Shown here: piece after piece, positions 37,864 through 48,139 of the stretch | How positions within the stretch are numbered: position 1 is the stretch's first letter | Layout: every line of letters starts with the position of its first letter | Assembly: GCA_038207395.1 (NCBI GenBank) | Contig: JBBQZW010000002.1 | Coordinates: 309-64,308, forward strand | DNA length: 64,000 nucleotides | From: Minisyncoccia bacterium | GTDB lineage: Bacteria > Patescibacteriota > Minisyncoccia > Phycocordibacterales > Phycocordibacteraceae | Direction: 5' to 3' | Notes under the pieces: generated by a model | Seen by the model: only the letters and a program-made list of their open reading frames with translations | What the model was told of the DNA's origin: nothing | Databases searched by the model: none | Position numbers and translations under genes: made by a program

Positions 37864-38295
37864 ATGAGTCTATCTGCAAAGCCAACCGGAGACCTTCTTC
37901 AAGCTCACGGTTTACGACGCACTCCAGCACGCATCTCCCTTTTGAAGGTGCTTGCTGCTGAAAGCCGCCCTGTTTCCGTAGAATATTTACAGAAAAAACT
38001 TAAGAATACTCTTGATCCAGTAACCTTGTACCGTGCTCTTGAGGCATTTAGTAAACGAGGTATCCTTGTGCAATTCGACTTCGGACACGGGCATGCACAT
38101 TATGAGCTTGTCCATGAAAAACCTCACCATCACCATGCAGTGTGCGAAACGTGTGGAAAAATTGAAGATGTTCCTGCGTATGATCAAACAAATCTAGTAT
38201 CACAAGCCTTGCAAAAGATTCCTGGATTTGCACGACTGGACCGACATTCACTCGAGTTCTACGGGCAATGCGTTCCGTGTGCGAATTACCCATAA
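37864..38295 (+). CDS. Fur family regulator (Zur-like)
   Basis: 'TLYRAL', 'HHHHAVCETCG', C-terminal 'CVPC'. Confidence 0.9.
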   Translation: MSLSAKPTGDLLQAHGLRRTPARISLLKVLAAESRPVSVEYLQKKLKNTLDPVTLYRALEAFSKRGILVQFDFGHGHAHYELVHEKPHHHHAVCETCGKIEDVPAYDQTNLVSQALQKIPGFARLDRHSLEFYGQCVPCANYP

Positions 38296-38304
38296 CTTTT
38301 TTCT

Positions 38305-39042
38305 ATGAGCCCGTACTTCATTCTTCTTATTGCACTTGCTGCAGCTGGCGCCACACTCATTGGTGGTGCGCTCGCGCTTAGACTGCGCGATAAACTCCAT
38401 CTCGTGCTGGGGTTTTCTGCAGGTGCCGTTATTGCTGTTGCCTTCTTTGATCTAATACCTGAATCAATTGATCTCGGCCTTCAGTACCATTCCGTAAATA
38501 CGATTCTCACATTCACGGCATTAGGTTTTTTTGCATATACCATTCTCGACCGACTCATTACGCTTCACACCCACTCAGATGATGAGGGGGTTCATATGCA
38601 TGGAGCACCTCGTCGCGCGCTTGTGGGTGCAGGCTCACTTTCAAGCCACAGTTTCCTTGATGGTTTTGCTATAGGACTCGCCTTTCAAGCGTCACCCGTA
38701 ATTGGGGGCATTGTCGCTGTTGCGGTACTTACCCATGATTTCTCTGATGGGATTAATACGGTGAATCTTGTTATTAAAAACGGAGGAAGTCGAGCACTCG
38801 CATTTAAATGGCTCCTCGTGGACGCAGCAGCGCCCATACTGGGCGCTGCTGCCACTCTCTTCATTCGTGTACCCGAAAGCGCGCTTTCTCTTATACTCGC
38901 CGTCTTTGCAGGATTCTTCCTCTACATCGGCGCGTCTGATCTTCTTCCTGAAAGCCACCATAAGCATCCTAAGGCGCTTACAACCGTGCTCACTCTCTTA
39001 GGTGCCTTCGTTCTCTATCTAGCTATTCAAATAGCCGGCTAA
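38305..39042 (+). CDS. ZIP family metal transporter (ZupT-like)
   Basis: 'HSFLDG.AIG', 'HDFSDG', 'DLLPE'. Confidence 0.9.
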   Translation: MSPYFILLIALAAAGATLIGGALALRLRDKLHLVLGFSAGAVIAVAFFDLIPESIDLGLQYHSVNTILTFTALGFFAYTILDRLITLHTHSDDEGVHMHGAPRRALVGAGSLSSHSFLDGFAIGLAFQASPVIGGIVAVAVLTHDFSDGINTVNLVIKNGGSRALAFKWLLVDAAAPILGAAATLFIRVPESALSLILAVFAGFFLYIGASDLLPESHHKHPKALTTVLTLLGAFVLYLAIQIAG

Positions 39043-39052
39043 TAGGACTCAG

Positions 39053-39748
39053 TTAGTTTCCGGGCTCATTTGACTGCACTGTTCCAAGCATCGTTTCAAG
39101 CGCAGCAATGGTTGAAAGAGACCTCACGTTTAGAGCAGGATCAGTCCAGTTCTTTACGTCATGTTGAATACCTTCGAACCGAAGTACATCATTCTGACGG
39201 GGGAGATAGTACTCAACATGCACCATCGCTTCAAAGCGCTCAACAACAATCATCTGATAGGTCTTCCCGTTAATTATGACGGGTTTAAATTCAGTCATTG
39301 CTTTTGGTTGAATGCCTGATGACTCATAGGTCGTTTGCGAAAGCATGACTGCATTAGCATCCCTCCCTGTTGGGATTGGGTACCGGCGAACAATAATACT
39401 GTCAGGAACTGACGTGGTACTCACGATGGGACTTTTTTGAAAAGCACCGATGAGTGTTGGTTCTGCTCCATATGCATTTTCATCAGTCGTAAATGCTTGG
39501 GGAAGAACAAAGCTGAGGCCAGCTTCTGGAATTTCAATGTTAGGAAGGGTGCATGCTGCGAACTGGCACGAAGTTCCGCTACGAGCCACAGACGTGCCGT
39601 CAGGGCACACTTTTGCGTCTGTAGGGCATGCCGTGGTTCCGGGTGCAGTATTCGTTGCATGACTCGGTGCTTCGACTGTAGCGCGATAGGCAAAACCAGC
39701 AATACCAATGATGACGAGGAGGATAACGAAGGCAAAGAGTTGTTTCAT
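39053..39748 (-). CDS. Membrane-anchored protein with 4-Cys 'CPTDAKVCPDG...C.FAAC' motif
   Basis: N-terminal TM followed by a Cys-rich mini-domain. Confidence 0.7.
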   Translation of the reverse strand: MKQLFAFVILLVIIGIAGFAYRATVEAPSHATNTAPGTTACPTDAKVCPDGTSVARSGTSCQFAACTLPNIEIPEAGLSFVLPQAFTTDENAYGAEPTLIGAFQKSPIVSTTSVPDSIIVRRYPIPTGRDANAVMLSQTTYESSGIQPKAMTEFKPVIINGKTYQMIVVERFEAMVHVEYYLPRQNDVLRFEGIQHDVKNWTDPALNVRSLSTIAALETMLGTVQSNEPGN

Positions 39749-39765
39749 TTCGTTTTTAAATTATC

Positions 39766-39842
39766 TGGGGCGACCTACGGGACTCGAACCCGTGACCGTC
39801 GGTACCACAAACCGATGCTCTACCAGCTGAGCTAAGACCGCC
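39766..39842 (-). tRNA. tRNA-His(GTG), G-1 and CCA encoded
   Basis: Cloverleaf; anticodon arm tcggt-ttGTGgt-accga. Confidence 0.95.
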
Positions 39843-39888
39843 ATAAATCTGCAGTGCAGATATCACGCGTTATACCATATAACGCGTC

Positions 39889-40458
39889 TTATTTATACTT
39901 CGGCGTCTGACGCACAATACCAGCACTCTCATTTGCAAAGCGCGCGAGTGCGAACAAAAGCGAAGAGAGTCGGTTCAAGTATGCCTTTGTGTTTGGTGAG
40001 ATAGTTTGAATTCCTAGCTCAGCGACTGCTATAACCCGTCGTTCAGCGCGTCGTGCTAGCGTGCGTGCCACATCAAGCGTTGCAGAAAGTTCCGTACCTC
40101 CAGCAACACTAAAGGTGGTTATTGGTGGCATCAGTTTCTCAAGGGTATCGGTAATGCGTTCTGTTTCTGTGACCTTCGACTTCCCCACCTTCTTAGGCGC
40201 GCCCGCAACTTCTGCCTGCACAATAAAAAGTGTTTCTTGGATGTCTGCGAGAATTGCCGATGTGCTACGTGCACGCTTCCCTATCGATACTTTAGGGTCA
40301 TGATCACGCGAAGCTTTCACTTTTGATAATCCAATAAATGAATTGAGTTCATCAAGCGTACCGAGCGCCTCAGGAAGTTCCGAAGCTTTTGAAATACGTT
40401 CCTGGTTAGCGCCAAATGTTTTTGTGGTACCCCCATCTCCCTTTCCGGTGTAAAGCAT
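39889..40458 (-). CDS. ATP:cob(I)alamin adenosyltransferase, PduO type
   Basis: 'YTGKGDGGTT', 'GTLDELNS', 'RTLARRAER', 'YLNRLSSLLF..AR'. Confidence 0.92.
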   Translation of the reverse strand: MLYTGKGDGGTTKTFGANQERISKASELPEALGTLDELNSFIGLSKVKASRDHDPKVSIGKRARSTSAILADIQETLFIVQAEVAGAPKKVGKSKVTETERITDTLEKLMPPITTFSVAGGTELSATLDVARTLARRAERRVIAVAELGIQTISPNTKAYLNRLSSLLFALARFANESAGIVRQTPKYK

Positions 40459-40541
40459 ATAGATACGAGTATACCAATACTTGCGGAGCACTGTCAGATA
40501 TGGTCGTATGGTAGCGGACACCTTAAACACAGGAGGCAGTA

Positions 40542-41186
40542 GTGGCCCATTCGACTCACTTTGAAGGATGCGTCGCTGCATCCACCAGTGAATGTACCTG
40601 CGAAGCTCGTAGATACTGGTACATCTTTTTACTCACGATCGCCATCGTTGCGGTCCAGTTAGTGGGCAGTGTCCTTTCAGGAAGTCTTGCGCTTCTTGCA
40701 GATACTGCTCACGCAGCACTCGACGGTGCGAGCGCGCTAATTTCGGTGTTTGTTGCGCACGCTGCGCGTTCTCATCAGAATCCTGAAAGGATGCGGGTAA
40801 GATGGATGCGGGTAAGTGGAGCAATTCTGCTACTCGCACTTGTCTGGATTTGCTACGAAGCGTATGAACGATTCACTAGCGCTCAGGCCGTTTTCGGGCC
40901 TAGCGTTATGGTAGCGGCGAGTATTGGTGCCCTTATCAATTACGCTCAGCACCGACTCGTTCCTCACGATCACAGCGTGACCGCCAAAGCTCAGCGTTTA
41001 CACGTTCTGAGTGATCTCGCCTCAAGTATCCTTGTGGTATTGGGAGGAGGTCTCATTTGGCTGACCGGAATAATGGTACTGGATCCAGTGATCTCGCTCG
41101 TCGTCGTTGGCGTTGTGGGATACTCCACCATTACAATGATGCTGAACAGGAACACTGATCATAGTCACCACGGTCACCCGCACTAA
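40542..41186 (+). CDS. Cation diffusion facilitator (short, His-rich tail)
   Basis: 'SGSLALLADTAH', 'LHVLSD', 'LDP'; AGGAGG SD + GTG. Confidence 0.88.
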   Translation: MAHSTHFEGCVAASTSECTCEARRYWYIFLLTIAIVAVQLVGSVLSGSLALLADTAHAALDGASALISVFVAHAARSHQNPERMRVRWMRVSGAILLLALVWICYEAYERFTSAQAVFGPSVMVAASIGALINYAQHRLVPHDHSVTAKAQRLHVLSDLASSILVVLGGGLIWLTGIMVLDPVISLVVVGVVGYSTITMMLNRNTDHSHHGHPH

Positions 41187-41245
41187 CGAACGACTACGGC
41201 CGCGCCCTTTCGGGACGCGGCCTTTTTTTATTTCCTACTTTTCTT

Positions 41246-41330
41246 TGGTGCCCGGGAGAGGACTTGAACCTCCACGCCTTGCGGCACATCCACCTCAAGG
41301 ATGCTTGTCTACCAATTTCAACACCCGGGC
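41246..41330 (-). tRNA. tRNA-Leu(GAG)
   Basis: catcc-ttGAGgt-ggatg; long variable arm; CCA encoded. Confidence 0.95.
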
Positions 41331-41410
41331 CTGTATCCTTTCAGGATTTGCCTACTATACGGGACGAGCAGTCAAAAAGAAAGAGCGCTTTCGCGCTCTT
41401 TCTTTTTGAC

Positions 41411-41947
41411 TTACGCCGCTTCTTTTTCTTCTGGCGTCATTTCCTGAACTTCAGGAGTTTCTGGTGCTCCTCTTACCTCCTCTGAAGGAGTCATGTCAGC
41501 GCCTTCAGGTGTTTGTGTTGGTTCTGTTTCAAGAACTTCCTCAACCACTTCTGCTTCAATAGGCTCCACAACCTTGAAATCATCGGTTGAAACCTTAACG
41601 AGACGCATGTTACGGAGCTGGCGACGAACTTCACGAGCAACTTTCTCACGAATGAAGTAGAGTTTTGCGCGACGAACCTTCGAACGACGAGTAATTTCAA
41701 TCTTTTCAATAAATGGCGCGTAGAGCGGGAAAATACGTTCAACACCAATACCAGACATGGTTGCGCGGACCGTAAATGTCGCTCCCGCTTCAGTACCGTG
41801 CTTAACGGCAATGACAAGACCTTCAAATACCTGCGTACGGGTCTTACCCTTCTCAACAATCTTCTGATGCACACGCACGGTATCACCTGGGCGAATGCCA
41901 AGCTGCGCGCGCTCCTGGGGATTAACGGGAGTTATAACTGCGTTCAT
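41411..41947 (-). CDS. rplS: 50S ribosomal protein bL19 with acidic C-terminal tail
   Basis: 'PGDTVRVH', 'QVFEGLVIA', 'GVERIFP', 'VRRAKLYF'. Confidence 0.97.
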   Translation of the reverse strand: MNAVITPVNPQERAQLGIRPGDTVRVHQKIVEKGKTRTQVFEGLVIAVKHGTEAGATFTVRATMSGIGVERIFPLYAPFIEKIEITRRSKVRRAKLYFIREKVAREVRRQLRNMRLVKVSTDDFKVVEPIEAEVVEEVLETEPTQTPEGADMTPSEEVRGAPETPEVQEMTPEEKEAA

Positions 41948-41997
41948 AGTGGTGCAAATGTACCACAGACGTTTACGGGACGCAAAAGTAGGCCTGC

Positions 41998-42065
41998 AGA
42001 CGTAGTGTTTCCTGCGTGCTCACCTCGGGACAGGTACGGTTCCGCGCGCAGGAAACACTACGTCT
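41998..42065. repeat. 19-bp perfect inverted repeat with 30-nt spacer
   Basis: agacgtagtgtttcctgcg / cgcaggaaacactacgtct. Confidence 0.75.
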
Positions 42066-42070
42066 CCCGT

Positions 42071-42808
42071 CTAGTCCAGCGAGCCTTCAACGAAGCCAAA
42101 GGTAGCTGCGGCGGCTTGGAGTTCAAGGGGGAGGGGTGCGGTTAGAGTGAGTTTTTCTCCATCTGGCAGTGGGAGCTCGAGGCGGTAGGCATGAAGGCCA
42201 AGGCGTGAAAAGCCGAGATCAGCCGGATGGTTCGGTGCATACAACGGATCACCAACAATGGGATGGTGCACAGCTTTAAGATGTACGCGGATTTGGTGCG
42301 TGCGTCCGGTAAGTGGCTCAACCGTAAGGAGTGAGTGCGTTGCGGTCTCCCCTAGTACCTTCCAGTGAGTAAGTGCGTCACGCATCTGCCCTTTCGCGCC
42401 ACGCTGTGCTGAACGCAGACGAAAATCTTTTCGTGACCGACCAATAGGAAGATCGATCACTCCTTTCTTGTCCTCTTTAAAGTTTCCGTACACAAAGGCG
42501 AGGTAGGTCTTGTGAATTACGTGCTCCTTGAATGCTTCTTTTAGAAAGGCGTGCGCTTCGGGTGTTTTGGCAAGCACCATAATGCCAGAGGTATCCCGGT
42601 CCAAGCGGTGGACTATACCTGGGCGCGCCAGTACTGTTCCGTTTACGAGAATTTGTGTTTCTCCAACGTCTTTTGACGCGGGATATTTTGATGCAAACCA
42701 ATCACTGACGGTTTCGTCAGTGGCATGCCCATCAGGGTGGGACATGATGCCAACGGGCTTATTAATAGCCACCAGGTCATCATTTTCATATAAAATGGGA
42801 ATCTCCAT
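42071..42808 (-). CDS. RluA/RluD family pseudouridine synthase
   Basis: 'INKP.G', 'VHRLDRDTSG', 'TGRTHQIRVH', 'GDPLY'. Confidence 0.93.
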   Translation of the reverse strand: MEIPILYENDDLVAINKPVGIMSHPDGHATDETVSDWFASKYPASKDVGETQILVNGTVLARPGIVHRLDRDTSGIMVLAKTPEAHAFLKEAFKEHVIHKTYLAFVYGNFKEDKKGVIDLPIGRSRKDFRLRSAQRGAKGQMRDALTHWKVLGETATHSLLTVEPLTGRTHQIRVHLKAVHHPIVGDPLYAPNHPADLGFSRLGLHAYRLELPLPDGEKLTLTAPLPLELQAAAATFGFVEGSLD

Positions 42809-42915
42809 GGGCGTACCTTAGCACATTCGCTTATATAGTGGTTCTTTTTCCCATACCACTCTCCCGTTGAGGGGGTCTTTAAAAAAATCTCAGAGTGCGG
42901 TATGGTTCTTGGTAC

Positions 42916-42988
42916 GGGCGATTAGCTCAGTTGGTAGAGCGCTTCATTTACACTGAAGATGTCGGGGGTTCGAGCCCTCCATCGCCCA
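42916..42988 (+). tRNA. tRNA-Val(TAC)
   Basis: cttca-ttTACac-tgaag; followed by terminator 42996-43026. Confidence 0.95.
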
Positions 42989-43637
42989 CAAAATAAAAAC
43001 AGACTGTCTTCAGACAGTCTGTTTTTATATCTTTATGGGAGTGCCCCTCCACGGTATCGCACCGTGTCAGGTGAGGCAACGCAAGGGCCATTTGACGCAT
43101 TGAACACGAGCCAGTTCGATGCCTAACGGTAGGGTTGTAAATGAGACAAATGAGACACTACTCGCGCATGTCTGGAACTGTCTTATTTACGGCATTCTAG
43201 CAAGTAGAATAAGCGTATTTGAGCTTTTAAGCGTTGTCTCATAAGCATTTCAAACGAGCCACACGGTATCGCACTGGAATCCGACAAATCCGACACCATA
43301 AAAGCGAGAAATATTACAAATCTGACAGGGGGTACGCGAGGCGAAATGCCAACAAATGCCAATTTTTAACAATCTACCAGAGAGAAAATGGCACACTTTG
43401 GCACACATATACGGGGTGTGCCGACAGACTGTCTTTACCCGTCTCCCACATCTCTCCACGAGACAAATCCTCGCTATTCTGGGACTTTTGGGACAGCTCC
43501 ATGTTCCGAAGGGAGGGTGCCATTTTGTAGGGAAGAAATGATATAAAATGCAACGTCAGATTGGAGTTTCATCATGTTGCATTTCGGCAAAATGTGACAA
43601 AAGTGACACGGGAATGCGGCATCCTACTGTCATTCTG

Positions 43638-45422
43638 TTACTTCTCTCCCAACACCTGAGATCGATACATTTGCGCATAAAGCCCGTCTTCCTTCATAAG
43701 TTCTGTATGGGTACCCTCCGCAGCCAGATTCCCTCCATCTAACACCAAGATATGATTGGCATTTCTAATAGTTGTAAACCGATGAGAAATAAAGAGGATT
43801 GTTATGTTATTGGGTAACATGCTGAGGTTTTGGAAAATAGCCTCCTCCGAAAGAGCGTCAATAGAACTTGTGGGTTCATCAAGCACAACAAAATTCGCGG
43901 CGCGTGAAAGAGTCCGTGCTATAGCAATCTTCTGGAACTGCCCTCCCGATAACTCTTTGCCGCCGTATTCAGAACTTTGCATTAAATCAAGGCCGGTTTC
44001 CTTGTCGATAATTGAGTCAGCGCTAGATTTTCTTAATAAGTCGTATATTTCGTCATCACTCAAGTCTTTTTTAGAAAAGAGTTCAATAGACTCTTTAATG
44101 GACAGGTAATCGTACCTAGAAAAATCCTGCATAAGCACTCCTAGGTTTTCATACCATGAAGCCAGGTCTACTTCTCGTAAGTCAACGCCGTTTATTAAAA
44201 TTCGACCGGCAGTCGGATCATACATCCTGAGAAGAAGCTTTATGAGAGTTGATTTACCAGCACCATTTAAACCAACGAGGGCAAGTTTCTCTCCAGAAGC
44301 TATCTCAAAAGAAATATCGTTTAGAACAAAATCCTCCTTCCCTGGATATCGGAATGAAACCGCATCAAACGTAATACTTATCTTAGAATCCGCAGGAAGC
44401 TTGACTGGGTTTTCTGTGATATCGATCATTGGTTTAGTGGCAAGGTAGTCTTTTACGTGCTTAATGTAGGGAATTGTCTCATTAATTTCACTTATGCTTT
44501 TGACTACTCCCGCCAGCGAAGAGTTAACGGAGTACAAGACACCAAAAGCAAATACTATTTCGCCAATGGAGAGAACTCCGAGATAACCTTGTAAGACTAT
44601 AAAGTACAACGCTCCGCCAATACTGGCTGTTTCAATAATTTTTACAGCAATATTCGGAACAATAAACTTTTTCTCAATACCGGTATCTTGCTCATATCTC
44701 TTATTTAAGAAGAGATCTATTTTGTTCAAAAGAGCCCACGTTCTGTTCGAAATAATTAATTCTTGTATGGTCCGTTTGGATTGAAACGAATCTCTCATTG
44801 ACCAGAACGCTCGCCTTTCAGTCGTGAGACTGTCCCAAGCCTCTCGTTTATTCCTTGTATAGAAAACTTCTAAAACAAATGCAGGTATTGTTCCTAAGAC
44901 AACTGAAAGTGCTGCGATAGGATGAATTGAGAAAATTATTCCTGCTCCAAGAATAAGCGCTATCAGCAGGCCAGTAAGTTGTGATATTTCATTAGGTAGA
45001 GCACGCAACTGATAAAGCGCTCGGTCGTAGACCTTGTTCTTAAGGTCTTGAAATTCTGGCTGTTCAATTCTACCTATATCAAGGCTTGCGTAGTGACGTA
45101 GCAGTAATTGAGTGTAGTGTCTTTCTTGCTTATCCGTGAAGACCGCGTTAATCAGTGACCAATTCAAATAGGTTAAAGTATCTCTTACTGCGGTAAAACT
45201 CAGCAGAATGAGTGCAGGTATGATGACTACCCAAATGCCTTCGTGAACTCTGGAAAATGAATCAATCAGATTACCTTGTAGCTTTGCATACACAATAAAG
45301 AATACGGAGAGTAGGATCGTAGCAATATTTGCAATGACGAATAAAAACGGAGATATCTTAAAAGATTGGAGAACTGACCACCACGCAAGTGATGTCGCAT
45401 CCCTTAAGCGGGTAATTCTCAT
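43638..45422 (-). CDS. ABC exporter (fused TMD + NBD)
   Basis: 'GLNGAGKS', 'LSGGQ', 'VVLDEP', 'ISHR'; N-terminal TMs. Confidence 0.92.
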   Translation of the reverse strand: MRITRLRDATSLAWWSVLQSFKISPFLFVIANIATILLSVFFIVYAKLQGNLIDSFSRVHEGIWVVIIPALILLSFTAVRDTLTYLNWSLINAVFTDKQERHYTQLLLRHYASLDIGRIEQPEFQDLKNKVYDRALYQLRALPNEISQLTGLLIALILGAGIIFSIHPIAALSVVLGTIPAFVLEVFYTRNKREAWDSLTTERRAFWSMRDSFQSKRTIQELIISNRTWALLNKIDLFLNKRYEQDTGIEKKFIVPNIAVKIIETASIGGALYFIVLQGYLGVLSIGEIVFAFGVLYSVNSSLAGVVKSISEINETIPYIKHVKDYLATKPMIDITENPVKLPADSKISITFDAVSFRYPGKEDFVLNDISFEIASGEKLALVGLNGAGKSTLIKLLLRMYDPTAGRILINGVDLREVDLASWYENLGVLMQDFSRYDYLSIKESIELFSKKDLSDDEIYDLLRKSSADSIIDKETGLDLMQSSEYGGKELSGGQFQKIAIARTLSRAANFVVLDEPTSSIDALSEEAIFQNLSMLPNNITILFISHRFTTIRNANHILVLDGGNLAAEGTHTELMKEDGLYAQMYRSQVLGEK

Positions 45423-46426
45423 ATCGGATACTTATTCATAACTTCTATAAATTTAGCTTCCGTTTCAGGCGTAATTGCAGCGAAGAAGGGGGTCATGTTG
45501 TTGTCGAGTCCTGTGTCTGCAATATAGTGCTCCCGTGCGTAGTCCAAGTGCTTTTGAGTAAAAGTCTCATTACCCTTAAAACCAAAGTAATTTTTTAGTT
45601 GTGCCATCCGCTCGGTTATCTCCTCGGGCTTCTGTAGATAGTTTGCAAATCGGTTCTGGGGGTCTTCTGTGACAGCTACATTCTGGAGTTCTCTTAGAAC
45701 ATCGAGATCGAGAACAGATTGAATCTCAGTCGCGTCAGATCCTTGAAAATCCCGCATACCGTGTCCTTTCTCGTGAGCTTCAATAATCATTTTTTGCCGC
45801 ACAGTGAGAGGTCCACTCTCGCGCGACTCGCCATCAGAAAATACGACACCAGGCTCACCGATATTTCCCATGCCCGCGTTTGTGGGCTTCTTTCCGTATT
45901 CAGCCGCATTGCCTATCTGGGTATGGCTAAATATAGAATCGATATTCTTGTCGTAATTCTCAATCTGGCTTTCGTAGTGTGAGCGAAATTTCTTCGGCTT
46001 ATCGTAGAGCCCCACAGTCCCTTCTTTTAAAGAAGATAAAGCTTCTAATCTAGTGTCAAAAAACTTCTGCTTGATAGCTGGATCCCCTAACCTCTCCTGA
46101 AGCACTAATGTCCAGTGGCCTGGATAGTTTGCTTGCGAGCGAATAACTTCTGCTTCAAGCGCGTCTATATCAAAAGACTCTTGAGTTAAATCTTGATCAG
46201 AATTCAACCCTAATGACTCACGCACTTGAGACAGTTTTCCCCTAGAAGTCTCTTCTTTTAGCGAGGCCTCAAGCTTAGCTTCTGCCGCGGTTCTGTTGCT
46301 TTGATAAGCATTGATAGATTCCATTTCTGAACTCCTTTCTGGAGAAGGGTCACTCTGGTCTAAGTCCTCTAGACCATCTTTTTGTTTTTCCTCAGCAGGA
46401 AGGGGGCGGGGAGGATTCTCATTCAT
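45419..46426 (-). CDS. Hypothetical protein with HExxH (putative Zn-peptidase) motif
   Basis: 'AHEKGH' plus downstream 'EITER'; TATAAT 7 nt before ATG 46426; ATGA overlap with the ABC gene. Confidence 0.6.
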   Translation of the reverse strand: MNENPPRPLPAEEKQKDGLEDLDQSDPSPERSSEMESINAYQSNRTAAEAKLEASLKEETSRGKLSQVRESLGLNSDQDLTQESFDIDALEAEVIRSQANYPGHWTLVLQERLGDPAIKQKFFDTRLEALSSLKEGTVGLYDKPKKFRSHYESQIENYDKNIDSIFSHTQIGNAAEYGKKPTNAGMGNIGEPGVVFSDGESRESGPLTVRQKMIIEAHEKGHGMRDFQGSDATEIQSVLDLDVLRELQNVAVTEDPQNRFANYLQKPEEITERMAQLKNYFGFKGNETFTQKHLDYAREHYIADTGLDNNMTPFFAAITPETEAKFIEVMNKYPI

Positions 46427-46539
46427 ATTAGTAATTATAGCTTGAGACGTGAACTCGGGTGTAAGGTTCCCAACAACCCCTCCTGGACTCCCAGGACACT
46501 CTGCGTCATCCATTAGACCGTTATCAATAACGGCACAAT

Positions 46540-47865
46540 ATGGAAACAGCAATGATTCAGGGCGGTTTTGGGGCTCCTACAGCTCCTATGGTGGCAGTAG
46601 CAGTTAAATACTGCCTATACGCCCGTAAGAGCACCGAGAGCGAAGAACAGCAGGTATTGAGCATTGATAGCCAAATCAAGGAAATGCTAGCGATGGCTGA
46701 GCGGGAGAAACTAGAGATTGTGGATATAAAGCGCGAGTCGCATTCCGCAAAGGAGGCTGGTGCGCGTCCCGTGTTCAACGAGATCGTAGAAGAGATACGG
46801 AGCGGCAAATATACCGGAGTCCTCACCTGGGCGCCAGATCGCATCTCGCGCAACGCCGGCGACCTCGGACGCATCGTGGACCTCATGGACCAAGGACTCC
46901 TGATCGATATCCGCACATACGGTCAGCAGTTTACGAACAACCCGAATGAGAAATTTCTCCTCATGATTCTTGGCTCGCAGGCGAAATTGGAGAACGATCA
47001 AAAGCGTATCAATGTGAAGCGCGGGCTGAAAGCGAGAGCGGAGATGGGGCTCTTCCCTTGCACTGCTCCAACCGGGTATATCAATGACAATCGCTCGGAT
47101 CATCGTTGCGAGATTGTCGTCGATACCATCCGCGCTCCTTTGATGAAGCAGATGTTCGAGAAAGTCGGAACTGAACGATGGAGTGGACGCAGAACTTATC
47201 TGTGGCTCAAGAACGATGCCCGCTTCACCGGAAAGAGCGGCAAGCCCTTAAGCCTGAGCAACGTATACAACCTCCTCCGCAATCCTTTCTATTGCGGCGT
47301 GTTCGAGTATCCGCGCGGCTCAGGAAGCTGGTATACCGGCAAGCACCAACCACTCATAGATCAAGAGTTATATCAGGCAGTGCAAGACAAACTTGCCGAA
47401 GAGACGAGAAAGAAGATAGCTCAAAACGATTTCACCTTCACCAAGCTCATGTCCTGCGGATTGTGCGGGAGTGGTATTACGGCGCAGGAGAAATCGAAAG
47501 CCCTCAAGGACGGTTCAACGAACTGGTACATCTACTACTCCTGCACAAAGAGTCGTGACAAAAATTGCAAGAACCCATTTATTCGCGAAGACCACCTCAT
47601 TACACAACTCCTCGCCATCATCGACCAGATATCCATCGACGAGATCGGCGCGCGAAATCTGATTGAGCGCGAGGTGCACCGATACAACACTCTGCGGGCA
47701 GAGGTTGAGGGTATGTCAGAAACAATGAAGGCTAAAGAGATGGACTTCAGGAAGTATGCAAAGTATCTCCTCAAGAACGGGAGCCGGATTGAACAGCGAG
47801 AGCTACTCGAACATCTAAAGGACCGGTTGGTATTACAAGACCGAATAGTTAGTCTCGGTGCTTGA
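46540..47865 (+). CDS. Large serine recombinase (resolvase + recombinase + Zn ribbon)
   Basis: 'YARKS', 'SAK....RP.F', 'DRISRN', 'LRNPFY.G', 'CGLCG...YYSC'. Confidence 0.93.
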   Translation: METAMIQGGFGAPTAPMVAVAVKYCLYARKSTESEEQQVLSIDSQIKEMLAMAEREKLEIVDIKRESHSAKEAGARPVFNEIVEEIRSGKYTGVLTWAPDRISRNAGDLGRIVDLMDQGLLIDIRTYGQQFTNNPNEKFLLMILGSQAKLENDQKRINVKRGLKARAEMGLFPCTAPTGYINDNRSDHRCEIVVDTIRAPLMKQMFEKVGTERWSGRRTYLWLKNDARFTGKSGKPLSLSNVYNLLRNPFYCGVFEYPRGSGSWYTGKHQPLIDQELYQAVQDKLAEETRKKIAQNDFTFTKLMSCGLCGSGITAQEKSKALKDGSTNWYIYYSCTKSRDKNCKNPFIREDHLITQLLAIIDQISIDEIGARNLIEREVHRYNTLRAEVEGMSETMKAKEMDFRKYAKYLLKNGSRIEQRELLEHLKDRLVLQDRIVSLGA

Positions 47866-48139
47866 GCAATATTTCAGCAGGAGACAAGCCGTCGAGGAGG
47901 CGGTGCGGGAAGCAGTTCCAAGTGTCAGTAACGAGTTCAACAGCGTTACTTAGATTCGCAAGGTCGCCGGCATCAAACATCATGATGACGGACTGCATGT
48001 CATCGGTCTCCTCTTCTTCGTATATGGCAGCAAGCACGTCGGGAAGCGTGAAGTCGCTCCCTGTTTCTTTAAGGAGATCGATAATGTCTGCCTCTAATTC
48101 CTCACGGAATTCGAGCAACTCTTCCATGCTTTCGGGCAT
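47849..48139 (-). CDS. Small acidic hypothetical protein
   Basis: 96 aa; '[14 protein letters not shown]'; TATCAT box shortly before ATG. Confidence 0.6.
   Translation of the reverse strand: MPESMEELLEFREELEADIIDLLKETGSDFTLPDVLAAIYEEEETDDMQSVIMMFDAGDLANLSNAVELVTDTWNCFPHRLLDGLSPAEILLKHRD

Noticed and set aside
43036-43137. T-arm-like hairpin (cacgg-tgcgata-ccgtg on minus) and gttcgat suggesting a tRNA or tmRNA
   Set aside because: Could not build an acceptor stem or cloverleaf, or find a tag ORF; treated as part of the repeat system.
43139-43608. Possible CRISPR array
   Set aside because: No constant 25-40-bp repeat with regular spacers and no cas genes.
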